DNA from: Octopus bimaculoides | Lineage: Eukaryota | DNA length: 36,373 nucleotides | Direction of reading: 5' to 3' | Assembly (NCBI RefSeq): GCF_001194135.2 | Contig: NC_068981.1 | Coordinates: 105,821,933 to 105,858,305 of the forward strand | Shown: positions 9,441 to 22,932 of the stretch, one piece after another | Layout: each line of letters begins with the position of its first letter | How positions within the stretch are numbered: position 1 is the first letter of the stretch | The notes under the pieces: model-generated | Told to the model about the DNA's origin: nothing | Seen by the model: only the letters and a program-made list of their open reading frames with translations | The model's database searches: none | Translations under genes and position numbers: made by a program

Positions 9441-10338
9441 GACCTAAGAGAACTTTGTGATCATGACACTCCCAACGTCATGTGACTTCCTTGTTCTCTT
9501 TACTTGAATCCCCTGACTTTCTGTATCTGGAGTATCATTTAGAAGAAAAATAGTTGGTGACAATATGATGTCAAAAACTCATTGGGGATTGCCGAGGATA
9601 GCATAGGTAGGAGCACCTGGTCCTGGTATACAGTCACCTCTGTAGCCATACTAGGCTATCATTGGCACTGCAGGCAGTTTTGTTGAATGCTTGTTTCTTT
9701 AACATTGAACAGATGTACGTTTTTTAGGGGAATGTTTTCTTCTTTATCTGATGTCTTTGTTCTTCATCATGTTTTGTTTATTCTCACAATGAAAAGGTGG
9801 TGAATTGGCAAAATCAGTAAAACAACAGACAGATTGTCTTAGGATATTTGTTTCATTTTGAGTTCAAATCTTGCCAAGGTCAACTCTGCTGTTCATCCTT
9901 TTTTGAGTTATATTTGGTTTTCCAACACATCTATGAGGGCAGTGATTCTGAGCAACATGGCCTCAAATCACGATGATCCATTCTATCCATGACAGCATGG
10001 AAAGTAGAAGTAAAAAATGATAAGGATTATGATGATAATGAGGATTAATCAGAGGATGAAAGGCAGCATTTCTGATGCTTTCCAAGGCCTCTGAAGCCGA
10101 TAAGAGAAAAGGAGAAAGTTTGTCTCAGAACAGAGACCTGTCCTAAGTACTTGCAACAGAGTGAACCTCATTTAAGTGAACTCCATGTAATAGTTGTTAA
10201 AGCTGATGACAGATTAAGTCATAGATCTAGTCAATGTTGGGTGATCAAAGGTCTAACAATAATAATTCACTATATATAACAAAGGTAGAACATTAATATG
10301 GCTGGGCAGGAGAATTTAAATTGTATTTCTCTTTGTAG

Positions 10339-10491
<153 letters not shown>

Positions 10492-10711
10492 TAATGTGAT
10501 ATTCTGATATATCGTCATCGTCATCATCATCATCATTTAATGTCTGCTCTCCATGTTGGCATGGGTTAGACAGTTTGACTGGAACTGATGAGCCAGAGAG
10601 CTGCCCCAGCTTCTAGTCTGATTTGGCATGGTTTTTACAGCTGGATGCCCTTCCTAATACCAACTACTCCAGGAGTGTAATGCGTGCTTTTTACATGCCA
10701 CTGAGACAAAT

Positions 10712-10935
10712 GCCATTTACATGACACCAGCAACAACCACGACTATGATTCACGGGTGCTATTTACATGGCACTGGCAGTGACCATGACTATGATTCACA
10801 GGTACCATTTACATGGCACCGGCAATGACCATGTCTCATGGGTGCCATTTACGTGATACCATCAACAACCATGACTATGATGCATGGGTGCCATTTACAT
10901 GACACCAGCATGGCCACAACTATAATTTCACTTGG
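10712..10935. repeat. Minisatellite of five ~46-bp units inside a family C copy
   Basis: Units start at 10712, 10758, 10804 (40 nt), 10844 and 10890. Consensus GCCATTTACATGRCACCAGCAAYRACCATGACTATGATTCAYGGGT. Confidence 0.9.
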
Positions 10936-10969
10936 CCTGATGAGTCTTCTTTATATATATATATATATA

Positions 10970-12065
10970 TATCACCTTGATCGGCCAGGCATTCTGGTTC
11001 TGAGTCAGATCCATTGGCTACAGCATTCACTTCATTCCCCTCATACTCTCACCATTCTTCTCCACATTGCTCCAAACATTTTTCTTAAATCATCTTCCCA
11101 TCTGATTGAAGATCTTCCAAGTGGTCTCTTCCACTTGCATGTGTACCACTCAATAACTGCACTGGTCCACCAATCGTCTGTGAACCTTGCGACATGGTTG
11201 GCCCATCATACCTTTGTGCGGTGGTATTCTGCACTGATGTCCTTCACTCCAGTTTTGTCTCTGATCTCCTCATTCTGGATGTAATCTCTTAACAAGATTC
11301 CCTGCATTGACCTTCCCATGGCTTTCTGTACTGTAAGCAGATGTTGTTTGTCTCTCTCTTCATCAAGGCCCAAGTCTCACATATATGTAGCATTGCAGGT
11401 AAGACAGTGCTGTTGAAGAGATTGGTGTGAATTGCCTTGTCTAGGTTTGCCTTCAGCACATCTTTCACTAGGTTGAACGCTCTCTATCCTGTTCTTACCC
11501 TTCACAAGATCTCATTCTCCATCTCTCATCTCATAGCCACTTCTTGGCTGAGATACACATAGCTGCTCACCTCTGACTGTTAGGTGACTGATCGCTATGC
11601 CTTCAGACTTTATGTACTTGGTTTTCAAATGGTTTATCTTCAGGTCAACCACTGAACTCCTGAAATCCAGTTCATTCAATATGGTCTGCAGCTGATTGAT
11701 CCACTATCAGCACTATGTCACCAGTGAATCTTAGATGGGTGAGTAGTTCTCCATTTATCCTTATGTCTCCACTCCAGTTCATGTTTCGTATGACCATCTT
11801 GAGACATGCCATAAAGAGCTTAGGAGAGATGGTGCCTCCTTGCTTGACACCCTTCACCACAGGAACATTTACTGGTGAGGATAACAGGGCCTCATTCAGT
11901 ATTCACCTTTCTAAGGCAGGTGATGTACTGCATTGTCACACCCTCCTTCCTGAGAGCTTGCAGTACTGCATTGGTTTTGTCACTGTTGAAGGTTTTCTCA
12001 TAATGCACAGAGGCAACAGGTACTCTCTCACTTGTTCCAGCAACTGTGTTAGAGTGAATATATGA
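10970..12065 (-). mobile_element. 5'-truncated, degenerate RTE-clade LINE (reverse transcriptase 3' half)
   Basis: ORF 11672-11860 KGVKQGGTISPKLF...GELLTHLRFTGDIVLI resembles RTE KGVRQGDTISPKLF...HLRFADDIVL. The C-terminal KRPLGR...RWED motif lies near 11100. Confidence 0.85.
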
Positions 12066-13199
12066 TTTATAGTGCTGTACTTCTTTCTGAACCCTACCTG
12101 TTCTTTTGGTTGCTGCTCATCCAGTTGTTGAGATATTCACAAGCTGTTCACAAAGATATATATATATGTATATATATATATGTATATATATATATATTTA
12201 GCAGAAGGAGCAAAGTGACAAGAGCTGTAAATTTATATAGTTGGTGAAAAATTATATTTCCCTGGATTATTCTAGACTAAATTTTGAAAGCAATTCATCA
12301 TCATCATCATTGTTTAATGTCCACCTTCCATGCTAGAATGGTCCTATTGATAATTTCATGTTTTTCAAATAGTTTGTCCCTTATGTCATTCAATAAGCAA
12401 ATACATGCACAAATAAATAAACAAAGGAAAATTAATTTGTGTGCATGTTCACTCACGCATGCACGCATGCACACATGCAATCATGCATGCATGCATGCAT
12501 GCACACACACACACACACACACAAATTTGCACACATATATACTACTCAGAACTTATGAAACAAAGGCTAACTAAAAGTCTGAAAGCATACATGGACATTT
12601 AGGACACACTTATGGATATGCTTTCAGCAGGCAATGGGTTCAATAAATCATCATCATCATTATCATCGTTTAACGCCTGCTTTCCATGCTAGCATGGGTT
12701 GGACGATTTGACTGAGGACTGGTGATCCAGATGGCTACACCAGGCTCCAATCTGATTTGGCAGAGTTTCTACAGCTGAAGTTAATTATTGTTTTCAGTGT
12801 CATTGTCAAAGAGTTTAGTAGTTATAGCTGCTCACGTCTTAACGTCTTCCCTGTGGATGTTAGCTTGAACAAAAAAAAAGCTAGTTACATACTGTCTATT
12901 CTTAATTCCACTCTCATTATGCTGCTCTATATAGCACAGAAAACGACTCTTTTGAAATTAATTCTAAATATATTTAATTCTTTAGTATTCAAACAAAGTT
13001 CTGATGTTATGAATATAGTATGATTTCTTCAAACTGACAATACTTGTTTTTTTTTTACACATTACTTTCATTATCAAAAATACCACCCACTAAACTACTA
13101 AAAACAAATCATCTTTTCCTTGGTTTCATCATTTACATGTAAATGCATTGACATATTTAATGTTTTTATTTTTATATTAAACATAAGGTTTAAATATTA

Positions 13200-13413
13200 G
13201 TTTCAAATTTTGTCACAAGGCCAGGAATTTCAGGGGTGGGGTTAAGTCGTCTACATCAATCCCAGTGCTCAACTGGTACTTATTTTATCAACTCTGAAAG
13301 GTTGAAAGGTAAAGTCAACCTCAGTGGAATTTGAACTCAGAATGTAAAGATGATTGAAATGCCACTAAGCATTTTGCCCAGCGTGATAATGATTCTGCCA
13401 GCTTGTCACCTTG
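13200..13413 (-). mobile_element. SINE family B; other copies at 16140-16364 (-), about 22335-22500 (-), about 9795-9903 (+) and 30905-31105 (+)
   Basis: Shared CTGGCAGAAT...ATTCTGAGTTCAAAT...GTTGACTTT block with a tRNA B-box-like GAGTTCAAATTCC. Confidence 0.8.
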
Positions 13414-13645
13414 TAAGGTTTAAATATTAAACTTAATTTAACTTACCATTTTCCTTTATTTGTTTTGTGATTTCCTTTCATTCTTTAAATCAATTCATTC
13501 ACAAAAAATTTTATTTTTTAATTATTTCTAAATTGCATTGATATCAATAATAGTCATTTTGTTTTTTTGTATAATATTATTTTATTACCTACATATCTTT
13601 TTTTGTCTTTTTAATGATTATTGAATTTCTTTTTTGTAACCTCAG

Positions 13646-13765
13646 GCACTATCCAATAATAATGTGTCACTCAACGTAAGAGATAATTATGACAGAACAC
13701 CGTTGCACATTGCTGCTGCTCATGGAAACTCATTTTGCTTGTATACAATTCTTAGAAATGCTACA
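13646..13765 (+). CDS. ANKRD42: ANKRD42-like exon 4 (ALSNNNVSLNVRDNYDRTPLHIAAAHGNSFCLYTILRNAT)
   Basis: cctcag| and |gtaagt; 120 nt, phase 0-0; TPLH ankyrin motif. Confidence 0.95.
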
Positions 13766-13868
13766 GTAAGTTAAATGCTTCTTCTTTCTAAGCTCTGAAG
13801 TGGACAAGGTTAGCAGTTTTCAAACTGATGAATACCAGTCATACCCACCAAAGTAAAAACTGAATAAT

Positions 13869-14281
13869 ATTCTTTTATCTGTTTCAGTCATTGAAATGTG
13901 GCCATGCTGGGGCACCACCTTGAAGGGTTTAGTCAAACAAATTAATCCTACCAGTTATTCTTTTATTTTTAAAGTCTGGTACTTATTCTATTGCTATCTT
14001 TTACTGAACCTCTAAGGTACAGGAATGTAAGTAAACCAACACCTGTTGTCAAGTGGTGTGAGGACAAACACAAAGACAGGCACGCACGCACGCACACATG
14101 CACACGCGCGCACACACACACACATATACAATGGTCTTCCACATAGTTTCCATCTACCAAATTCATTCATGTGGCATTAGTCAACCTGAAGCTGTAGTAG
14201 AAGACACTTGCCCAAGGTGCCACACAGTGGGACTCAACCCAAAACCACATGGTTGCAAAGCAAACTCTTTAGCCCTACAGC
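13869..14281 (-). mobile_element. SINE family A, full diverged copy
   Basis: Same head, microsatellite and tail layout as 4648-5070. Confidence 0.8.
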
Positions 14282-14555
14282 TATGATTGCACCTATGGTG
14301 ACATTTTATACTTTCTCTATTTGTATCTTTATAATTCTTCTTTTTTCACCATGATTTCACAGATTTGTAAAGTTCAAAACCATCTCATTAAACATGGTAG
14401 TTTGTTTACTCCCCTTTCAATCCTCTTAGCACCAGATTGTGAACCAGTTCTAGGCCATAGATCATTTAGTACCATATTGCACAGAAAGAATAAAAGAATA
14501 TATCTTATTTTTATTTCATTTTACAGGATGATTTTGCATTATAGGTATGATGCAG

Positions 14556-14557
<2 letters not shown>

Positions 14558-14633
<76 letters not shown>
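14558..14633. repeat. (AT)n microsatellite; other SSRs include (TACA)n at about 1690 and 4885, (CA)n at about 7275-7396 and 27350-27386, and (CAT)n/(CAC)n at about 14760-14860 and 30340-30790
   Basis: Directly visible. Confidence 0.95.
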
Positions 14634-14637
<4 letters not shown>

Positions 14638-17479
14638 AATAGCTATGCAGATCCCTCTACAGAAACCTGCTCTGCTCTACCTTTCTCATAGTCATCTCCT
14701 TGTCCCCTAGTATGAAGCTGACCTGCCACCTACCTCTGAGCTTGTGATAGCAGCAACAGCAACGATGATGATGACAACCATGACTGCAACCACAACCATG
14801 ATGATAACAATTACAATGATAACGGTGGTCGTGGAGGTGGCAAAGTTGACGATGATGATGATGAGAGAGAAAAAGAAACAAACACTACACTTTCTCATAT
14901 GATGCTTAAATTAGGAAATGTGTTTATTTTATGTACTTATTTAATTATTTTAATTTACAAAGACGTGAGACAATATTTAGGAAGATTGTTGACTGAGTAC
15001 ACAAACACTATAGAGTCAAATGTATGACAGAGATTTGATTCTCAGGTGAGCCCATGTCATTTCACTTAAGCATTGTATCTGCAATTTTTGTTGCTAATTA
15101 AGTCTGGTCTGTTGGGCCCTTTGACTTACACAAAGACAAAGACTCCTGTGGTGACCCAGTGATCTATAAAGAGAAAAGTGGCATTTTCCCTTTACTTACA
15201 GGCTGAATCTTTGGACTAGGAGTAACAGCTAATTCCTTACATTCTGGATGTGTGGGAGACATAAGCATCTGCAAAGCAAAACCTCTCTTTCTACGTAGAA
15301 TTTATACTTGCTAGAGGAAACCAGTTAGCCTTTCAGTCTACAAGCACAAATGTTTTTTCTAGTTTAAAGAACTAGTTATGCAAGTATGAAATTGAATCTT
15401 TGAGTAATGATATTGGAAGAATAATGTGTCAAGAGTCTAGAACAGGTTTTTCAATCTTTATACAAGTTCTGCAAGTAGAATATAATTTAAGATCATGGTA
15501 AACATGAGAACCACTATTTTAATGTGTTCTTAGTTTGTAGAAGAGGATGAAATTACTTAAACTGTTTTGTTTGTTTTTTTATTTTTATTTGAAAAAAATT
15601 CCAGTATTTAATATATGCAGTAAAGGAAAATAAACATAATATAATGTAAACTTAATGTGCAGTATTTACACATTATTGTATTCCAAATAATCTCTTACAT
15701 CTACTGGTGACACATAAGGTTTCTGCTCCTGATGTTGTATCAGCTAACTTATATTATTATTGGTTTTTGATAACAGTACTAAAAATCTGCTCACTATATT
15801 TCTATTACACTTCAAATATCTTCTTATATTGTTTAGAATACTTAATTACTCTATTTTCAATAAAATTCTTGGAATCTAACCTACCCAAGTGGTAATATCA
15901 GTTATGCTAATGCTGTCATAATGTTGCATGCTTTTTCCATGTTTGCACTTGGTCAAGACTAAGGTAACTATCAGGCACAGTTTTTATGGCAAGCCACAAT
16001 ATAACTTTATAACAGATTTACAAGATTCGAACTTACTGTAGTAGACTTGTATGATCATTATAAATACCTTTATGAAATATGTATATCATTGTATGAATAT
16101 CATTATACAACACTATTATTACTGCAAATACCAATATTGATATCAAATTTAGGCACAAGGTCAGTAATTTTGAGGGAGAGGGCTAGTTGATTACATTGAC
16201 TGCAGTGTTCAATTGGCACTTGTTTTATCAGTGCTGAAAGGATGAAATGCAAAGTCAGTCTCAGCAGAATTTGAACTTAAGATGTGAAGATGGCAGCATT
16301 TAGAATGTGAAGATGCTAAGCATTTTGCCTGGCATGCTAATGATTCTGCCAGGTCACCACCTTACAGCAAATACTAACATTAAAAGAGCCACAAACACTG
16401 GTGGTCTTCACAGCAACTACAAATTACTGCAATTTCTCTACAAAAGTACGTAGAAATTACAGTAATATGTTGAAAGCCACTGCCACTTCTATTATATAGT
16501 ATACCAATTCAGATACTGATAGTGTTGCAACCACAGTTACAAAGACAAAGAGTTTATCTCAAGTCAGTGAATTATTAGAATATGAAGAAAAAAGTGATGT
16601 TCTGCATTAACAAAGAATAAAAGCAAAAAGTCAGGAAGAGGAATAAATCATCTTATCATAAGAGAGAAGTTTAAAAACTTTCTTTTTGTTGTATCACCTT
16701 ATGATGATACTTGTTTACACTATAGCTGTGTAGTAACAGTAAAACATATAACAAAGCAGGGTAACAACAACGTAGCAATCCAATAAAGTCTCCACAAACT
16801 ATGCACAAACCAACAAATGATATTCCGACAACTATCCAACGACACCTTACAGCTGTCTGTGATTAATGACTACTCTCTTTCCTGGTCTCTCACTCAGACC
16901 GTTACTAATTATAGTCATTCAGTCAAGTCTGTTACATAGAAGGGGTCGTGACTCTAACCACAACACCTTTTTAAATTGATCTAAGTTAAAACCTTCCAAT
17001 TTATGTTCATTTATATTCTAAACACTATTTTAATAATGACAGTTATTTTATTAAATTCTTCATTATTTTTAAAATTCACTGAAACAATGATAATGTATTT
17101 CAACAGAAATGATAGCGTTAGAGTTAATTACTTCAATTTCCCTACATGAAAAATATCTACTAATCTTTCTTAATAATTAAGTGCAATCCCTTCTTACCTT
17201 TTGCTCCATATCATGCTTACCCTCTCCCATGTTATAGTATGCACAGGATAGTTTTGATGGTCGTGTGGAATAAAAATTCTGTAACCTATCTGTAACTGTT
17301 CCTTCAGGCACTTACATCTCTTAGAATTATGCAAAGTTAACATGACACAGCTCATATTTGATCATATCATATCTCTTAGAATTATGCAAAGTTAACATGA
17401 TATTTGATCGCAAAAACATATTAATCCAGTTTTACACTTTTTGGCCAATTCACCTTCTTTATATTTTATGATGTTATAG

Positions 17480-17615
17480 GAAATTGATGCTGATGACAAA
17501 AATGGCTGGACTGCTATGCACCATGCATCCTTCCATGGCCACCTCGGTTGTGTACAGACACTGTATAAATGGCATGCAAAAACTGATGTCACAGATAAAC
17601 AGGGAAACACACCAG
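17480..17615 (+). CDS. ANKRD42: ANKRD42-like exon 5 (EIDADDKNGWTAMHHASFHGHLGCVQTLYKWHAKTDVTDKQGNTP)
   Basis: ttatag| and |gtgagt; 136 nt, phase 0-1; ankyrin repeat. Confidence 0.95.
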
Positions 17616-19275
17616 GTGAGTGTCCTGCACAATATTGGCTTCTAACATAAACAGATTTTTCAGAGGTATAGCACACACACACATATATATAACAACGACA
17701 ACAATTGTTAAACAATTATGCCTTTTCGAAAAATATAATGTAACATTGCTGCAAGGATGAGAAAGAGAAAGATGAGGAAGATGTGATAAGGTAAGAGATA
17801 GAATGTATGTTGCTGTAATGTAACATTTATGCATTTCCTAAAGGCATAAATGTTTAACAGCTGTTGTTGTTATTTAACAGCAGATCAACTGTGATCCAGT
17901 AATCCTATGATCAAAGGAATTCCCCTTTTGACCATTCTTTTTTCTTCAAACATAAAATACCTGGAACGACATAATCTTATATATCCATTTTTTAAGGTTT
18001 GATAGATAGTAGATTTAGTTGCTATTTCTAGCAGGTGAAAAGAATGTGTAGAGGCTTCTTTCTATTTATGTTGTGCAATGATATGATAGTAAATTCTTAG
18101 AGGACTGAATTAGAAAACTTACTTTTGAGACCTATTCATTATCTGCTTCACTTACATGACTAATACACATATAAAATCATGAATAAATGCCACAACTTTC
18201 CAAGTTCCCTCTCTTGTAAGCACAAAGATTTTATGGATGTGCAAGCAGTCATTATAATTGTATGAATAGCAAAGAGGACACAGTACTATTTGCAGCAAGA
18301 CAGGTTAGTTGTGATATGTTGCACTCAGATATCTTTTTATGTAAACTTTATTATGCAGTCTATTGGACAAGTACTGATCTACATTAAGAAAATGGAAGCT
18401 AAACCTGTTTCTGGATAGGATGCCAGTTTCTTCCTATGACAGAAATTGAATGTAATACTGCAAACAAATGAATCACCCATCAGTTTTAAAGTGACTTTGC
18501 TACTATTGCTTACTGTAGGAAACTATACCATCTTTCAGAATCATTTTACAATAAAATGAATTGAATCATTTAAGAATTAAGTATCTTAGCCAGAAGTAGA
18601 AAGCAATACTAATAACAAAATATGAACCTTTTATCTTTTGGATCACTAGCCACTGGCTCAACAAATACTTGGCTATCTTTACTTTTAGCTTTAATCAAAT
18701 TATAAGAAAATTAACTTCAAATTGGAGCAAATTAACTCCAATCATTACTTCTACAACAATAACAACAGCAATAGTTATAATTATCCACATCAATAACAGT
18801 CACACTCTTTACGACCACAACAATAACTAAACAGAGGTTGTTAATCACTCAATCAACATATCTCACAATGGGACCAAACCCCAAACCATGTGGTTGTGAG
18901 GTGCACTTCACAACCATGCCTGCACTTGTTACTTATACCATTTTGGGTCATTAGTTTTAAATTCCTACATCAGGAGTTCCAGCCAGCCAAGTTTATCGAG
19001 TAGCGCAATGCTTTATACCCTTTCACAATTACTGCAGTCTACCTGTGGTTAAAAACTTAGTCACTATTGGTTCAGCCAACAGCTAAAAGTTGTATCATGC
19101 ACAAGTGCAGTACATGCCATTGTGTAGTTATAAGTTTGTTAGCTTTTTGTTCAGAGATGAAGACCAATAAAACAGGAATAGACAACTGAGAGCCAGTACA
19201 GTGTATTCTCCCTAAGGGATCTAAAGATCAGCAAGTTGAATAGCTCTGTAATTTTTTTCTTTTATTTTGTTTTAG

Positions 19276-19476
19276 CACACCTAGCTGCAATGGAAGGAAA
19301 CTTACTTTGCCTTAAGTTTCTTGTCTCTTGCAAGAGTGACCCTAATGATATATTAAAGGCTTGCAATGATCTTGGAGAAGTCCCAAAAGATTTGGCCAGC
19401 CAATTCTACAAAGAAAATGTTGTTAATTATATTGAAGCCATTGAATGGAAAAAAGAACATCCAGAAAAATCTGAAA
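19276..19476 (+). CDS. ANKRD42: ANKRD42-like exon 6 (AHLAAMEGNLLCLKFLVS...YKENVVNYIEAIEWKKEHPEKSE)
   Basis: ttttag| and |gtaagt; 201 nt, phase 1-1; inside ORF 19236-19484. HLAAMEG matches recalled human HLAAMEGHLHCFKFLVS. Confidence 0.95.
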
Positions 19477-21335
19477 GTAAGTAGAGAGAATCATTTTAGA
19501 TTACAAAAAAATCATTTACCTGATTATGAAAATGTAGTGATATAAAGTTCATAGCTTTAGGTCAGAAAGCATTTTTGTGAATTCAGCTTGCATGGAGTTT
19601 ACCTTTTGCTCTACAATTCATTAAAAGTTCACTACATTTAATCTCTATCAAATCTAATAAAATATATGTAAAACTAGGCCAGTAGAAGATGGCTTGAGAA
19701 TAGTCTTTCTCTATTAAGACCATTGATAATAATAATGTGGACATTCATAAAACATTCAATTATGTCTGGCTTGAGGATCTTCTAGCTAAATTCTACGTTT
19801 ATAGCTATCTTGCATTTTTGAGTCTAAAGCTTCCTCTTAGACCACACTACTGCAGTGTGCACACAAGTGCAATCATTAATGACATCTAATAATACATACT
19901 TCTGTCTAAGACATCTGTTGCTCAGGTTTGAATATGTACCTGTACTGGTATGCACAAGACTGAGAAAAGTTTATTTTATAAAAGACTTACAAATTACTGT
20001 ACATGCAAATCTTTCTTCTCCACATCTTTGGTGTTGTCCAAAAGAAAGGTATGGTAAGAGCCAATATAGCACAGCTCTAGTGTCATTTAGATGTTGCTTT
20101 CAGAATGCAATGAATGGTTCTGCTAATCTCACTGCTCTAGATTTGTGTTTTTTTTTTATCAACCCCAAAAAGATGAAAGACAAAGTTGACTGAAATGGAA
20201 TTTGAACTCAGAGCGTAGATACACAGAATAATACCATGGTGGCTTTTCTCCAATGTTCTAATAACTTTTCCAATTCATCACCATTGCAGCATATGTTATT
20301 GCATGCAAGAATTAACAAGAATTAACTTGCTATCACTTTGAACAACACACACTCCTGTACAGGTGATACTATTCTTCATTCCTCTTTAAACTTCTATATA
20401 AAGGAATCATTTACATATATTGTAACACCTCATTCTAAACATACACTAACTGTATGAACTAAAACTTAGAGCTTATTTATCAATGGGAACATAGCATTGT
20501 CTTTTTTGATAGTACAAAGACTCGATTGTTACAAATATCCATGAAACTGTTTCGTACTTCATCACTTTTTAGTCACAAATAACACAAAATTAAGACTTCA
20601 AAATGACTACAAAAGCAAGGCATTACAAATCCTGATGGTCTTTGATGATAACCTGACATATACATATATAATATTGTTTAAGCCACATCACAAAATCTAG
20701 GTTTCTTCTTAGAGTAAGGAAATACTACAAAGAAACATCTACAAAGAAACCCATTTGATTGGCAAAGGTTCACTCACTAACATACCACAACCTGTAGCTC
20801 AGAGGTGCATTGTTTCTTCTCTCTGCCCCTACAATGACCACTGTTCCTCTGAACTAGCTAGTTGTACCCCCCTCTCCTCCCAGACTCATTCACCTCACTC
20901 ATCTCTTTTCCTCCCATATTCTTACTGTGTCTCATATTCCACATCCCCCATTAAACACTTTTATATTCCTTTTCCCTTGTAACAGTTGGTAAATCTGCTA
21001 TACCTGTGCTTTCTTACAGATACTGAACTACAGATGTTTAAATTGAACATTAACTGCATGCATCTCACCAGTCTGAGAAAACCTGCAGTAGTCATCAGCA
21101 CTGCTCCTCCTTTGATTAATTTGTATCACATAAAAATGAATCAATTTTATAAAGTAAATCTATAAAAATTCAGAAGAGGTTTTGTTTCTATCTGTTCCTC
21201 TGTTCCTTTTTTTCCAATTTTTTCCTTTCTTTTTTTTAGTTATACTTGCTTAGCATATGACTTGGCTGGGGATATTGTGTTGAAACTGAAAACCTAGCAT
21301 CATGAAAGAGTGCTAATAAATATTTAAAACACATA

Positions 21336-21697
21336 GTTCCGCTGTAAGGCACCTTGGGCAAGTGTCTTCTACTATAGCTTCGGGCTGACCAAAGCCTTGT
21401 GAGTGGATTTGGTAGACGGAAACTGAAAGAAGCCTGTCGTATATGTGTGTATATACGTATATATCTGTGTGTGTGTGTGTCTTTGTGTCTGTGTTTATCC
21501 TCCCATCGCTGCTTGACAACCTGTGCTGGTGTGTTTACATCCTCATAACTTAGCGGTTCAGCAAAAGAGACCGATAGAATAAGTACTATGCTTAAAAAAT
21601 AAGTTCTGGGGTCGATTATTCAGCCAAAGCCCTTCAAGGTTGTGCTCCAGCAGAGCCACAGTCAAATGACTGAAACAAGTAACAGAATAAAAGAATA
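21336..21697 (+). mobile_element. SINE family A copy lacking the 5' head
   Basis: GGCACCTTGGGCAAGTGTCTTCTACTATAGC...GAGACCGATAGAATAAGTAC...AATAAAAGAATA. Confidence 0.85.
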
Positions 21698-21834
21698 CTA
21701 TCACATTAATTTTTGATTAATTTCATGGTGTTATATAATATAAATATATACAACTACAATCTGGTCACTGACACAACTACAAGTAGTTTCTGAAAACTGA
21801 ATGTGTTTATGATGTTGACATTTCGTTATTTCAG

Positions 21835-21960
21835 ATTTATCTTTCCCTGCTCATGTGGCTGCTTCTAGAGGCAACCTTGAACATTTGCAAATGTTGATAG
21901 AAAATGGTATTGTGAGCATCAACGAGTGTGATAGCAATGGATCTACATTAGCTCATAAAG
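21835..21960 (+). CDS. ANKRD42: ANKRD42-like exon 7 (NLSFPAHVAASRGNLEHLQMLIENGIVSINECDSNGSTLAHK)
   Basis: tttcag| and |gtataa; 126 nt, phase 1-1. Matches recalled human LAFPGHVAAFKGDL...GSTPMHK. Confidence 0.95.
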
Positions 21961-22548
21961 GTATAAAACTTTGACATTTAAATGAATCTTTACATTTGTA
22001 TGTTGTTTTGTTGCATTTTTTTAGGCACTATATTGAGTCATGCAAAAGTCCAACCCAGTTCAATATCTTTCAGTTGAACAGCTGAAGGAATAATTTATCT
22101 TATTTAACTAAACACAAGAACTGGGATGTAATTGATTGAATAAACACAGTATGTTACTGGTATTTGTTTTGACAATCTGGAACAGACAAAGGATAAGTTG
22201 ACTATAGCAGGATTTGAGTTGGGAAGGAAGAGATAATAAAAAAAAACCACATTTTACAGTGTTTAATAGCTTGACATTTCACTGTTTCTGCCATTTCACT
22301 GTTAATCTTTTGATTAATAAGAAATTAATAAGGATTTCTGATTTGGGTACAAGGCCAGCAACTTTGAAGGAAAATATTTGTCAATTACACCAACTCCAGT
22401 AATTGACTGGTACTTATTCTATTTACACAGAAAGGTTGAAAGGCAGAATTGACTTTGGCAGGATTTGAGCTCAAATCATAAAGAGCCAAAACAAATACCA
22501 CAAAGGTGTAATGATGCTAAAATTGGAAGATGTGTAAATTTAAGATTT

Positions 22549-22932
22549 GTTGTTGGCACTCCGTCGCTTACAATGTTGAGGGTTCCAGTTGATCTGATCA
22601 ACGAAACAGCAAGCTCATGAAATTAACGTGCAAGTGGCTGAGCACTCCACAGACATGCATACCCATAACATAGTTCTCGGGGATATTCAGCATGACACAG
22701 TGTGACAAGGCTGACCCTTTGAATTACAGACACAACAGAAACAGGAAGTAAGAGTGAGAGAAAGTTGTGGTAGAAGAGTACAGCAGGGTTCGCCACCATC
22801 CCCTGCCAGAGCCTCATGGAGCTTTAGGTGTTTTTGCTCAATAAACACTCAAAACGCCCGGTCTGGGAATCGAAACCATGATCCTATGACCACGAGTCCA
22901 CTGCCCTAACCACTGGGCCATTGCACCTCCAC
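22549..22932 (-). mobile_element. SINE family D, intact 384-bp copy with a perfect 13-bp target-site duplication
   Basis: AAATTTAAGATTT at 22536-22548 and 22933-22945. Head has A-box TGGCCCAGTGG and B-box-like GGTTTCGATTCC. Confidence 0.9.

Noticed and set aside
10712-10935. CRISPR-like array
   Set aside because: The units are head to tail with no unique spacers, there are no cas genes, and the context is a eukaryotic intron. It is a minisatellite.
11715-12065. Plus-strand 116-aa ORF (also 10838-11284, 24357-25670 and 33536-34371 shadow ORFs)
   Set aside because: Antisense or alternative-frame shadows of the LINE and mariner relics.
14657-14898. His/Cys-rich and Ile/Val-rich ORFs
   Set aside because: Degenerate (GAT)/(CAT) trinucleotide tract with no splice or homology support.
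14963-15045. Possible extra exon ending ctcag|gtgagc
   Set aside because: It is 83 nt (frame-shifting) with a stop in phase 0, and exons 4 and 5 already join into a continuous ankyrin repeat.
22860-22932. tRNA gene on the minus strand
   Set aside because: It has A- and B-box-like motifs, but it is the head of a TSD-bounded 384-bp SINE and I could not build a full cloverleaf.
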